From Hormiphora californensis (lineage: Eukaryota; Animalia; Ctenophora), in contig CM035350.1 of assembly GCA_020137815.1 (NCBI GenBank), positions 6,262,001-6,326,000 of the forward strand: a stretch of 64,000 nucleotides of DNA. Direction: 5' to 3'. Below, piece by piece: positions 1 to 22,871 of the stretch. Positions within the stretch are counted from its first letter, which is position 1, and each line of letters begins with the position of its first letter. The translations under genes and the position numbers were made by a program. Under the pieces are notes generated by a model, which worked only from the letters and a program-made list of their open reading frames with translations, was not told the DNA's origin and searched no databases.

Positions 1-204
1 ACTTCCCATTGACGCTAGATGTAAGCATTGATTTTGCTCTAATTTACTTACGTATATATATTTAAGTTGCGAGCTCTTGTTCATGTCTCTCTAAAACCCG
101 GCCCTAGGTAAACTAAGTCTCCTCCATTGAGCAGTACAACCCTTCAGGGCACCATAAAAAATCCTCAAATGATAATATCTAACAATTCCCCCTCCCTCTA
201 TAGC

Positions 205-2689
205 ATGCTCTCGAGGGTATGTCGGCGGTGTCTACCTCTCCGTGCTTCCCTCGCCCGGCCTGTCCAGCGCACCGTGCTCCTCTCAACCAAACCACCGACA
301 ACATCAGGTGGATTAATATCACGGGCCCGAGAGGGGATTAGGAAGAACATATCCGGATACACCAGAGTACTCCTTGTTGTGACCGGGATGATGTGTGTGA
401 TAGTCGTTGTCGCAGAGCAGAGTATCGCCGCAAACTCGGTGATAGTTAACGAGTTACCTCCTGCTCCCCCGCACGATATTTATAACTATCCTCTGGCATC
501 ATTCGACCCCCTCCGAACCACTCCTCAGCTCTATTCAGCTCGAACTACTATGGTGAATGTTGTGGGGGCAAGGGGAAGTGGGAAGACAGAATATCTTCGG
601 CAATACGCCGCAAATTTTATCAACGCCGGTCCACACGGTTATTACAAACTCCAAAAGTTGTCCAATCGAAGGTTTTGTAATGTGTTTGTAGTGGACGCTA
701 GGAACGCTCAGACTCTCGCTCACTCCCTCGCCTATCTTTGCGGGAAGGTCCGACAGCCGAAGGGGACCGGAGGAGCCACGGAGAGTCACAATTACATTTC
801 TGGAATCAAAGAGGCTCTTCTGAAGCAAAGTCGCTGGTTATTGATCTTCGAAAATGCAAATGGAGAACTCGATCTACCGGAGTTGTTAGACGGATTCGAG
901 GATTGGGGTGATGGTCAGATTATTGTGACATCAGAGAAAGCTCTTCCAAACATGCCCCAAACACATCACATAACATCTCTTGTTCCCAGAGCTGTCGCGG
1001 AAAAGGTTTACTTCTCTGTAGCTCCTCCCGATGATGTCTTCAATCCCACGCTCCTTCATAAAGTATTCTCTGGTGATCTGAGGGCGGTTATGGCTGCTGG
1101 AAAGTGCGTTCAGATGGAGCAATCGCGTGGCGTCGACTTTTCGTTTCATAAACTGCAATCTCTCCTGACTGACTCTGCTGATCCGTGTACTGATGTCAAG
1201 AAGTTGTACTGTGGTTTGGTGGCCCTTGAAAATCCCAAACTCCTATTTGCACTCGATTTCTTGGGAAAGCTACCCGCCTCTGATGTACCAGTTCCTTACA
1301 AGTTCCTTCGGCAGCACATGAGAACCACAATGTACGATAACTTCTACGAGTCCCTCTACAATTACAGTAAACACCGAATCCAGGTGGCTCCAACCAAGGA
1401 TTATCCCCCCTCCGCCGGAACCTCCTAAAACGGACCCTTCGTCACTCTCATTCTTTGCGGCAAAACGTCGTGACTATTGCATCAAGCTGGGTTTAAATCC
1501 AGACAAAGATATTATCAAAGCAGCTGAAGGAGATGCGGGAGCAAATGATGCCCTCCCCTCCCGAAGACCCGGAGATGGCAATTCTAAAGGAGTGTCCTCT
1601 TCTCCACTTTTCGCCCAACTACGGTGGTCATATCGAAACATTTTCCTGTGGATCCACAAACACTGTCTGTCCTTGGGTCTCTCCATGAAGAGTTTACCTC
1701 ACATCTCCTGGAAGCTTCGCTGGTTTTGGAGCAAGAGCAGAAGTTCAAGCGAACATGGCTTGCTAAACTGTGGTCCTTTGATCAGTACCGAAACGAAAAA
1801 ACGATGAAAGCTCGAGCTGACATCCTTGGGAAGAGCAAGGTTCACCCTGTGGAAAAGTTACCAGAACACACGCCAAGTATCATGGATTACCTTCTTGTCT
1901 ATAGGGCAAATCCGATTTGTGATAAAAACATGGCAGAAGTATCAGGAGCTACACTACAAGCAGGTCCTGAGATCGGTTATGGCATTTGTGGATGTATCTG
2001 TACCTGACAGTGTGAAGGGAACTCTCAATACAATTCTGTTGGATGGCCACTTGTCGGCCCTTGTCGACCACCTACCGCCCATGTTTTCAGGCCTTGCTGA
2101 GAGCTGTAGTTTGCACCTGAGGTCCGAGCTAGGTGCAGGTGAGTTGGAGTCAGAGTTTACTGCATTGCTTGAGAAATCCCGGACTTCTGACCCAAAAGGC
2201 CCATTCCACGCATCAGCCCTACACCGATACTCAGTATGGTTGCACCGAAATTCCCGGGATGCGGAGGCTAAAGTCCTTCTGGAGGAGGCAATTCAGTTTG
2301 CAGATTCCCTTTCCCTCAGCCGGACACTTGCACAGGTGTGTTGCGAGCTGGGAGACTATCCTACTGCAGAGGCACACCTAGAGAAGGCTGTCAATTCTGT
2401 AAAACCTGGCGACGAGGAGTTGTTAGGACCCATTCTCACTGATTTGGGCCAGGTTTTACTGCTACAGGGCCGCACAACCATGGGTATCAAGTACCTACGG
2501 GGGGCCATTGACGGGTATAAAAATATGGTGGGCACAGAAAATCCGGAGTATGCCAGATCTCTGAATGTGGTTAGTGTTGGACACCTGATGTTGGGAGATT
2601 CCCTGAGGGCGGCAAGGGCCCGAGGTGAGGCAGGGACTGTTTTGGCAAACCTCAAAAAGAAACGATTAGTTGTCGAGGGTGGGTTGTGA
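205..2689 (+). CDS. Intronless NB-ARC/STAND-type P-loop NTPase with C-terminal TPRs, N-terminal mitochondrial-type presequence and one TM helix (four apparent +1 frame breaks)
   Basis: ATG 205 follows a pyrimidine tract + TAG. Walker A VVGARGSGKTEY, Walker B-like WLLIFENA, RNBS-B-like GQIIVTS. TPR-like helices (LAQVCCELGDYPTAEAHLEKAV; LTDLGQVLLLQG) in 1826-2689. ORF pieces join by +1 shifts near 1399, 1520, 1647, 1906. Confidence 0.65.
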
Positions 2690-2834
2690 AATGTTTTATA
2701 ATACCTTTTGTGTGTCTGTGTGTGAATGATTTAAGTTATTGTACTGTGAAAGATTTTTATCTGGTTTCATAGATTTTGAGTTTTCGATCTGCCCCCTTAC
2801 CAATCCCTTAATACTGAATACCATTTGTTTAGCC

Positions 2835-4609
2835 ATGGCCTCGCGGAGAGAGCAGGAGAACCTGACAAGCTCCCTCCGGAAATGGTTCAGTTGCCATGGT
2901 TACCGAATAACAGACACCGAGCTGAAAGTTCTCACTAAAAACACCCGAAACACGGAATTCTGGAAGCTTGTCCAGCGATTAGTTCTTCCTGGTGAGGAGG
3001 TCAGGGCTATCCGTGAGAAAATTGAGGCCCACAAGCGTCACGAACAGTTCCAATCGATAACGGGAGAAGTTGCAGAGTTGTCTACCAGAAAGGCGGATCT
3101 TCTGTCCCGTATAGCGGCATGTAAATCCAGAACAGCCCAGAAAATCACCAAAATGGGAATTGAGAAAAAGCGAGCGATAGAGAAATCTGAGGAGAGGGAG
3201 GCTCAAATGACGAAGTTATCTGAGAAGTGGTGCAGGGAAGTGCACCAGCGACAACTTGAACACCTCATCTACACAACTTGCAGGGGAAATTGGACGCCCT
3301 GTGCGTTCTACCATCCTACAAAATCCTCCCAACAAGACTGCGAAGAGGAAGGTGAAGGCTGTACTGGGCCAACTGCAAACCTACTTGGCGGACCATGTAG
3401 CTCACCCAGAAGAGGAATCTCAACTTCAGGGCCAGGTCATTCGCTGCAACCAAGGAGATATATTCCGCTCACCCGGTGCCGGAGATTCTGGAGTGTTTGG
3501 TAAGTGAGACACGCCGCCATACCGCCCTCATCCAGCAACATCGGGAGGAGAGGAATCTTTCGCAGGAGCTGGCCACCATCAAGTATAGGAATGTCAATGG
3601 AGCGCTGGTTTGCGTCGATGACAAGGGTGATGGAGAGGATGAGGAGGAGGTACACAGGCAGAGTTTGCAGAACGCTGTCAGCAAGCAGTGGCTGGAAATG
3701 TTGAAGAGGAGGAATGAGGGTGGAAGGTTGACACAAAGTAATAAGATTCTGGAGAAGGATTTCTTGGCGGGTGTTGTAGGAACGGAGATGGTCACACAGT
3801 GGCGCTTCCAGTTCCGTAAGGTGGAGCTGACCGCAAAGGAGGAGGCATTGGCGTTGGAGAAGAAGAGGCTTCACGAGGAACACATCCGACTTACTAAAGT
3901 GAAAGTTGGAACCCTGAAGACAAGTAAGAGTATCATGGATTTCAAGCGTAATCAGCAAGCAAAGCAGCAGGTTATCAAGGACTTGGTTTACCAAACAGGG
4001 TGCTCTTAAAACGGTTCTATCCGGTCAGACGGCTACTGTGAAACAGTTCGTCCAAGGAAATCTCTTCCCACAACGACAAAGAATCCTAAACAAGCTCTCC
4101 TCCTCTCGATCTTATCCCGCAGAACTACTGGGCCTGGTGTCCTCGTATACCAATGGATCGGCTCCTTTATCCCAATCAGAGTCCTTCAATCGGTCCCATT
4201 CTTAAAGGGTCCGGTTTGCCCCTCCATCTCACTGAAGAGACTCTAATATCCCACATATCTCAACAGATCTACAGGCAGCACCCTGGCCCAACTTCGTGAG
4301 GTATCCACAGCCGACCTGGCCCGACAATTGAACGAGGGGTGCCCCTCGAGTGAGGCCGTGTTTGAGAACCTCAGGGCGTCTCTTCTGGACTTTGAGCAGT
4401 TTGTAACTGAGACTGTGAGTGAGCGGATATCACGTGTTAATGAGAAACTGGGTAGTGTTGAGAAGAAGACCCTTGCCTTCCCTCGGATGATTAAGATATA
4501 TGAGAGCCAGCCTGGGTTCCATCTCGTTCCTTGGAGGGAGGTGTGTGGGATGGATCTGGAGAAGGTTATTGAAAGTGCACGGGTGAAGGAGGAAGAAAGG
4601 GCTGGGTAG
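2835..4609 (+). CDS. HAUS5: HAUS augmin-like complex subunit 5 (intronless, five apparent +1 frame breaks)
   Basis: N-terminus LRKWF...TELKVL...EFWKLVQRLVLPGEEVRAIREKI and C-terminus YESQPGFHLVPWREVCGMDL resemble HAUS5 ends; coiled coil between. Frames join near 3237, 3442, 3998, 4143, 4251. Confidence 0.65.
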
Positions 4610-4793
4610 TACTTAACTGGTTATTGAGACTTTGACTGTAAAATAATTTGTAAAATATGAAGACTGCATGACTTTTGAGTATGACAAATGTATACAATTC
4701 AATTTTAATCGAAACTACGATACAAGGTTTTTTTTATGTTCCAAACACAGAACTAACAGAACCAACCCGCATATGTAGGATGTTAATTGGACG

Positions 4794-5444
4794 ATGTCCC
4801 TGACTCGGTTTTCTCTCGACAACTACCACGCAACTCAACAATCTACCCTTTCAACCCTCTCCAACCACATCTCTGATGCCCTTTCTCTATGCTTCTTTGA
4901 CTCAACTTATGTGATCGATGCTCTGAAGATCCTGCTATGGTTGGGCCACCTACCCTCTTTTCGGAGTGCCAGACTCTCAGTTTCCCCCTCCTCACAGCCG
5001 GTCCTACAGCTCCTATCTGAGTTCGTCCTACCTCGTCTGGGATGGGATTTGTCGCTGTTAGAACTCGCAAACTACCTTCATTTCCTTGAATCGGGAAAAT
5101 ACAGGAGATTATCTGACCGGGTATTCGGGATCAAATATCAACAACTACAACAGGAGCTCTCCTCTAATCCTGCCCCACCTCCATCCTATTACTGTCTCTT
5201 TGAAAGACAACTAATCCGCTCTCTCTCCCAACTTCTCCACACCTCACTGCCCCTCCTAGCGCGGTGCAGACTGTATAAACGGTGGTCACGCACATCTGGA
5301 AAAGGATGTAGTGAGTGTGGGCAGTCACCTACTAATGTGTGTTGGACTGGCTGTGGGCACATGCACTGTCACTCCTGTTTAGAAGAGGTGTGTGGGGTGT
5401 GTGGTAATGAGGTGCAGTCAGATGCACTCTGGTATCCAGTTTAG
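4794..5444 (+). CDS. PEX2: Peroxin-2-like RING protein
   Basis: FLESGKYRRLSDRVFGI motif of the Pex2/Pex12 N-domain and C-terminal RING CSEC...CGHMHCHSC...CGVC; shorter than typical PEX2. Confidence 0.6.
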   Translation: MSLTRFSLDNYHATQQSTLSTLSNHISDALSLCFFDSTYVIDALKILLWLGHLPSFRSARLSVSPSSQPVLQLLSEFVLPRLGWDLSLLELANYLHFLESGKYRRLSDRVFGIKYQQLQQELSSNPAPPPSYYCLFERQLIRSLSQLLHTSLPLLARCRLYKRWSRTSGKGCSECGQSPTNVCWTGCGHMHCHSCLEEVCGVCGNEVQSDALWYPV

Positions 5445-5635
5445 AGATTTCTTGTTGTCGGGGTGTTATCTTTTTTGTCTTCTTTGTTGTGTTTTTGTTA
5501 TGCGTTTTTGTAGAATTAATTGGAGTTAATTGGAATTAATTGACACACATTTCAGATCTGTTTAAACACACTTGCACTAGTATTTCTGTTCTGTGTTGTT
5601 GTTGTTCTCACCCCATCTGATTATAGTAGTACAAA

Positions 5636-10574
<4,939 letters not shown>

Positions 10575-12087
10575 AGATCCTCCAGTTGATATATTATCTG
10601 AAAGACACTGAATGAAAAACACTGTCAAATTGTGTAGTCCTGGTGACTGGTGTGGAACATTTTTAACGAGTTTTTACCGAGTTTTTAACTCTTTGATATG
10701 ACCCACAATATGATATTTATTATTTGTAGCTCAACGTACTTTATTACATTTCTAATTTCACTACTTTGAAACATCGCGTTTTGGTTTTACAAAAGTGGTC
10801 AAGCAATGGAATCACTTGTAACCCCTTACTCAACAAGGAATCACGGGATTCGGAAGTGTAGAAATGGAGCCCTTGCAATATGAGCCGGCAGTCACACGGT
10901 GACCAATGAAGCGACCCAATTGCACCTTCCTTTCCTGAAGCCGGGTCACGTGCTTGTGGAGGTGCCAACCATGTGGTTGGGCACGTCGCGCCCTCTTTTT
11001 TTCGCAGCCAAACCATGTGGGCATGTGAGGTTTTGATTTGGTAGGTAGCATAACATGGGAGGCCTTGCATAATTGGGGGGGGGGGGTGACACGTAACACT
11101 TTGTAACATGTAACGTGCACAAAAAATTTTCTGCACATGTTACAAAGTGTTACATAGTGTTACAAAGTGTTACATAGTGTTACAAAGTGTTACATAGTGT
11201 TACATAGTGTTACAAAGTGTTACATAGTGTTACAAAGTGTTACATAGTGTTACAAAGTGTTACAAAGTGTTACATAGTGTTACAAAGTGTTACATAGTGT
11301 TACATAGTGTTACAAAGTGTCACAAAGTGTTACATAGTGTCACAAAGTGTTACAAATTGTTACAAATTGTTACAAAATATTTACAAAATATATAAGACTG
11401 TTGGTGAATAAGTAATTTGAACGACTTTGGTGTCTTTCTAGAACACATATAAAAGTTTTAAATCATTTCTAGGGTTAAAACATACACTTTTTTACTAATT
11501 TGCGCATGTTTTGAGCCTCCGATGTCATCGACTGTGGAAATCAGGGCTGAAATAGTTCATTTGGTAAAGAAAAATATGAACTTTAGACAATGGTAAAGTT
11601 TTTAGAGTGATATTAAAAGTATTGTGCCTCTCAGAGGCCCCCAATGTGCTGAGTCACCTGTGAGTTGTGACCCAATCGACTTTTTTTTCATTGGTAATCG
11701 ATTCTTTGTACTCAATAAGATGATATACAACGTTTCTGTTGGAAAAAGAAATAAAATTTTTCCAAAATCAATTTTTTGGTCAAAGATTGAAAATTTGCTT
11801 CGCTACAAATCCTTGTGTTTTTGTAAATATTTTGTAACAATTTGTAACACTTTGTAACAATTTGTAACACTTTGTGACACTATGTAACACTTTGTGACAC
11901 TTTGTAACACTATGTAACACTTTGTGACACTTTGTAACACAATGTAACACTTTGTAACACTATGTAACACTATGTAACACTTTGTAACACTATGTAACAC
12001 TTTGTAACACTATGTAACACTTTGTAACACTTTGTAACACTATGTAACACTTTGTAACACTATGTAACACTTTGTAACATGTAACGT

Positions 12088-15000
12088 GGGGGGGGCCGTC
12101 ACCTTTTTTTTTGTCTACTTTTGTCTACTTTTGTCTACAGCACTTTGAAAATTTCAGTGCAAAGTAGACAAAAGTAGACAAAAGTAGACAAAAGTAGACA
12201 CAAATTTTCAAGTACAGAAAACAATTTCTGCATTTTCTGTAAGTATTTTCATATTATACTTTGGATATGTTTTTTATTAATTATTCATATTCCAATGGCC
12301 CCTTCTTTATTCCTAAATTAGAAAACTTTAAGAACAATTACTGTAGTCGAGTGTAGACAAGAGTGTTTGGGGGTAAAGAGGGGGCAATTGAAAACGAAAC
12401 TACTAATAGAAACGTAGATAAAGTATTATATGAGAATACTTAACAAGTGCAGAATATTTAAAAAATATTTTCCAAATCGTTTTCTAAACTTGAAATTTTT
12501 TGTCTACTTTTGTCTACTTTTGTCTACAGGTGTTCCTAAAGTGTTCTAAGAGTGTTTGGGGGTAAAGAGGGGGCAATTGAAGTCACAAACACCCATACAC
12601 ACATAAATAGAGAACATGGAAACACATATCAAGGATAGAAATCGTTTTCTAAACTTGAAATTTTTTGTCTACTTTTGTCTACAGGTATTCCTAAAGTGTT
12701 CTAAGAGTGTTTGGGGGTAAAGAGGGAGCAATTGAAGTCACAAACACCCGTACACACATAAATATAGTCCCAATAGAGAACATGGAAATACATATCAAGG
12801 ATAGAAATTGTTTGGGAATTGTTCTCTAAACTTGAAAACTTTTTGTCTACTTTTGTCTACTTTTGTCTACAGGTGTTCCTAAAGTGTTCTAAGAGTGTTT
12901 GGGGGTAAAGAGGGGGCAATTGAAGTCACAAACACCCATACACACATAAATAGAGAACATGGAAACACATATATCAAGGATAGAAATCGTTATCTAAACT
13001 TGAAAATTTTTTGTCTACTTTTGTCTATAGGTGTTCCTAAAGTGTTCTAAGAGTGTTTGGGGGTAAAGAGGGAGCAATTGAAGTCACAAACACCCTTACA
13101 CACATAAATATAGTCCCAATAGAGAACATGGAAATACATATCAAGGATAGAAATTGTTTGGGAATTGTTTTCTAAACTTGAAAACTTTTAGTCTACTTTT
13201 GTCTACTTTTGTCTACAGGTGTTCCTAAAGTGTTCTAAGAGTGTTTGGGGGTAAAGAGGGAGCAATTGAAGTCACAAACACCCGTATACACATAAATATA
13301 GTCCCAATAGAGAACATAGAAATACATATCAATGATAGAAATTGTTTGGGAATTGTTTTCTAAACTTGAAATTTTTTGTCTACTTTTGTCTACTTTTGTC
13401 TACAGGTGTTCCTAAAGTGTTCTAAGAGTGTTTGGGGGTAAAGAGGGGGCAATTGTAGTCACAATCACCCATACACACATAAATAGAGGACATGGAAATA
13501 CATATCGAGGATAGAAATCGTTTTCTAAACTTGAATTTTTTTGTCTACTTTTGTCTACTTTTGTCTACAGGTGTTCCTAAAGTGTTCTAAGAGTGTTTGG
13601 GGGTAAAGAGGGAGCAATTGAAGTCACAAACACCCTTACACACATAAATATAGTCCCAATAGAGAACATGGAAATACATATCAAGGATAGAAATTGTTTG
13701 GGAATTGTCTTCTAAACTTGAAAACTTTTAGTCTACTTTTGTCTACTTTTGTCTACAGGTGTTCCTAAAGTGTTCTAAGAGTGTTTGGGGGTAAAGAGGG
13801 AGCAATTGAAGTCACAAACACCCGTATACACATAAATATAGTCCCAATAGAGAACATAGAAATACATATCAATGATAGAAATTGTTTGGGAATTGTTTTC
13901 TAAACTTGAATTTTTTTGTCTACTTTTGTCTACTTTTGTCTACAGGTGTTCCTAAAGTGTTCTAAGAGTGTTTGGGGGTAAAGAGGGGGCAATTGTAGTC
14001 ACAATCACCCATACACACATAAATAGAGGACATGGAAATACATATCGAGGATAGAAATCGTTTTCTAAACTTGAAATTTTTTTGTCTACTTTTGTCTACA
14101 GGTGTTCCTAAAGTGTTCTAAGAGTGTTTGGGGGTAAAGAGGGAGCAATTGAAGTCACAAACACCCGTACACACATAAATATAGTCCCAATAGAGAACAT
14201 GGAAATACATATCAAGGATAGAAATTGATTGGGAATTGTTTTCTGAACTTGAAAACTTTTTGTCTACTTTTGTCTACTTTTGTCTACAGGTGTTCCAAAG
14301 GTGTTCTAAGAGTGGTTGGGGGTAAAGAGGGGGCAATTGAAGTCACAAACACCCTTACACACATAAATAGAGAACATGGAAATACATATCAAGGATAGAA
14401 ATCGTTTTCTAAACTTGAAATTTTTTGTCTACTTTTGTCTACTTTTGTCTACAGGTGTTCCTAAAGTGTTCTAAGAGTGTTTGGGGGTAAAGAGGGGGCA
14501 ATTGTAGTCACAATCACCCATACACACATAAATAGAGGACATGGAAATACATATCGAGGATAGAAATCGTTTTCTAAACTTGAAATTTTTTTTGTCTACT
14601 TTTGTCTACAGGTGTTCCTAAAGTGTTCTAAGAGTGTTTGGGGGTAAAGAGGGAGCAATTGAAGTCACAAACACCCGTACACACATAAATATAGTCCCAA
14701 TAGAGAACATGGAAATACATATCAAGGATAGAAATTGATTGGGAATTGTTTTCTGAACTTGAAAACTTTTTGTCTACTTTTGTCTACAGGTGTTCCAAAG
14801 GTGTTCTAAGAGTGGTTGGGGGTAAAGAGGGGGCAATTGAAGTCACAAACACCCTTACACACATAAATAGAGAACATGGAAATACATATCAAGGATAGAA
14901 ATCGTTTTCTAAACTTGAAATTTTTTGTCTACTTTTGTCTACTTTTGTCTACAGGTGTTCCTAAAGTGTTCTAAGAGTGTTTGGGGGTAAAGAGGGAGCA

Positions 15001-15400
15001 ATTGAAGTCACAAACACCCGTACACACATAAATATAGTCCCAATAGAGAACATGGAAATACATATCAAGGATAGAAATTGATTGGGAATTGTTTTCTAAA
15101 CTTGAAAACTTTTTGTCTACTTTTGTCTACAGGTGTTCCTAAAGTGTTCTAGGAGTGTTTATGGATAAAAGGGGGCAATTAAAATCGAAATTACTAATAG
15201 AAACGTAGATAAAGTGTATGAGAATACTTAACAAGTGCAGAAAATGTTTAAAAAAAATTCTTAACTTGAAAAAAAAGTTTTGTCTACTTTTGTCTACTTT
15301 TGTCTACATTTGTCTACTTTTGTCTACTTTTGTCTACACTTTCATTTTCAAAATCTGGTGCAATGTTCCTGTAGACAAAAAAAAAGGTGACGGCCCCCCC
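12088..15400. mobile_element. Inner nested foldback element with TTTTGTCTAC subrepeats and a 155-190 bp satellite array
   Basis: TIR G(n)CCGTCACCTTTTTTTTTGTCTAC ... GTAGACAAAAAAAAAGGTGACGGC(n); TSD GTAACGT(G) at 12081 and 15401. Confidence 0.85.
12520..15160. repeat. Tandem satellite, about 15-16 units of 155-190 bp in short and long variants
   Basis: Recurring AGGTGTTCCTAAAGTGTTCTAAGAGTGTTTGGGGGTAAAGAG from ~12529 to ~15131, with a ~510-540 bp three-unit higher-order period. Confidence 0.9.
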
Positions 15401-15640
15401 GTAACGTGCACAAAAAGTTTTCTGCACATGTTACAAAGTGTTACAAAGTGTTACGTGTCACCCCCCCCCCATAATTGTGGGGCGGGTTGGGCACTTCAAT
15501 CCCCTGTGTGTACTGTTATACGTGGCGCTTGAAATAGTCGCGCCACCCTTGCCATGCTACGCAGTGTAAGAGCTGACAGGCAAGAAACATGCCAATGCCA
15601 CCCCGTCTCCGACGTCGTTGGCTGCCAATGGGGTAGCTGT

Positions 15641-15749
15641 CAGGAATCGACCGAATCAGGAAATACTGGTCCCTGATTGGCTGATAACCAGTCACGTGAC
15701 CTAAACAACGAATTCTGATTGGTTTTTTACTTGTTTCGGTCGGTTCCTG
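15641..15749. mobile_element. hAT-like MITE (109 bp)
   Basis: TIR CAGGAATCGACCGAA / TTCGGTCGGTTCCTG; perfect 8-bp TSD GTAGCTGT at 15633-15640 and 15750-15757. Confidence 0.85.
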
Positions 15750-16270
15750 GTAGCTGTCCACCAAATTACCAGTGCGGGCGGCCAATATGACGGACTGTAA
15801 TTTGCTGGAAGGGCAAACACCGTCTAGCCAACCAAAATCAAATCAAAACTCGGTATATTTTGTCACGAAGGTAACCTGTTTTATCACACTGAAGTCTTGA
15901 ACAAATGAACTCATACACTGCAATTTAGTAGTTCCTAGTTAGCATTTTATGTGTGTGATTAGTGTGACTGTGTGCTGTTAAATTAACCTAAAAGATACAA
16001 CTGTCCCATCGATCAAATACCCTGAATTATGTGTGTGAATGCGTGTGTCAATATAAACTGTGTCAGTCACCTAAAATGGCTCCAAAATGGAGATAAAACG
16101 GCCCCAAACTGTCTCCCATCATCAACTGCTGCAGCTGAGTGAGAAATATTTAAAGATAAATATTCTGGACACACACGTAACACATAAAGCACATTAAACA
16201 GTTTTTTCTCATTATTAATGGTTTCTCGCTCGAGAGTGAGATCGTGAAATATCTGTTGAAAAGACAGCCG

Positions 16271-22050
<5,780 letters not shown>

Positions 22051-22061
22051 CACGGAGATAC

Positions 22062-22530
22062 TACAGAGCTATAGGGAGAGGGAGATGTGGATACAGAGCT
22101 AGGGAGAGGGGTGATACAGAGCTATAGGGAGAGGGAGATGTGGTTAGGTGATAGAGAGCTAGGGAGAGGGAGAGAGAGGGGGTGATACAGAGCTAGGGAG
22201 AGGGAGAGAGAGGGGGTGATACAGAGCTAGGGAGAGGGAGAGAGAGGGGGTGATACAGAGCTAGGGAGAGAGGGAGATGTGGTTAGGTGATACGGGCTAG
22301 AATAGGGAGAGAGAGAGGGGGTGATACAGAGCTATAGGGAGAGGGAGAGAGAGGGGGTGATACAGAGCTAGGGAGAGGGAGAGAGAGGGGGTGATACAGA
22401 GCTAGGGAGAGAGAGAGAGAGAGAGAGAGAGAGGGGGTGATACAGAGCTAGGGAGAGAGGGAGATGTGGTTAGGTGATACGGGCTAGAATAGGGAGAGAG
22501 AGAGAGGGGATACAGAGCTAGGGAGATGTG
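22062..22530. repeat. ~34-bp purine-rich tandem repeat between VPS52 and the TOP1 start
   Basis: Repeated GATACAGAGCTAGGGAGAGGGAGAGAGAGGGGGT units. Confidence 0.85.
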
Positions 22531-22871
22531 GTGAGGTGATAGAGGGGGTGAGATGTGTGGGAGAGAGATGTGACTTGGAAGAGGATGAGGGAGAATGGGA
22601 GAGAGTAACAGGGGTAGTAAAACAACTTTAAGATTCACCAGTAAAGAATTTAAAGAACACACATACACACTGTACAAAAGAGACACAGAAAATCACGCGA
22701 AATAATTCATATAATTAACTTCCCTCTTATCAGTTTAAAGTATAACTAATCTATGTTTCTGCCTGCAGAATAATGACTATTTAGACTGTTATTTTACTCA
22801 TTATCGAGAGGGCTTCCAAAAATTATACCAAATAAGCCATCTTGTGACCTCTTCTTTTGTCCATTTTAATT

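Larger units (their letters stand above)
11075..15470. mobile_element. Outer foldback-type non-autonomous DNA transposon with 10-bp TGTTACAAAG/TGTTACATAG arrays in inverted orientation
   Basis: TIR G(n)TGACACGTAACACTTTGTAACA ... TGTTACAAAGTGTTACGTGTCAC(n). Flanking duplication (C)ATAATT(G) at 11068-11075 and 15470-15477. 10-bp arrays at 11138-11375 and, inverted, at 11825-12080. Confidence 0.8.

Noticed and set aside
12520-15160. Regular repeat-spacer look resembling a CRISPR array
   Set aside because: The spacers are near-identical to each other, the context is eukaryotic and there are no cas genes; it is a satellite.
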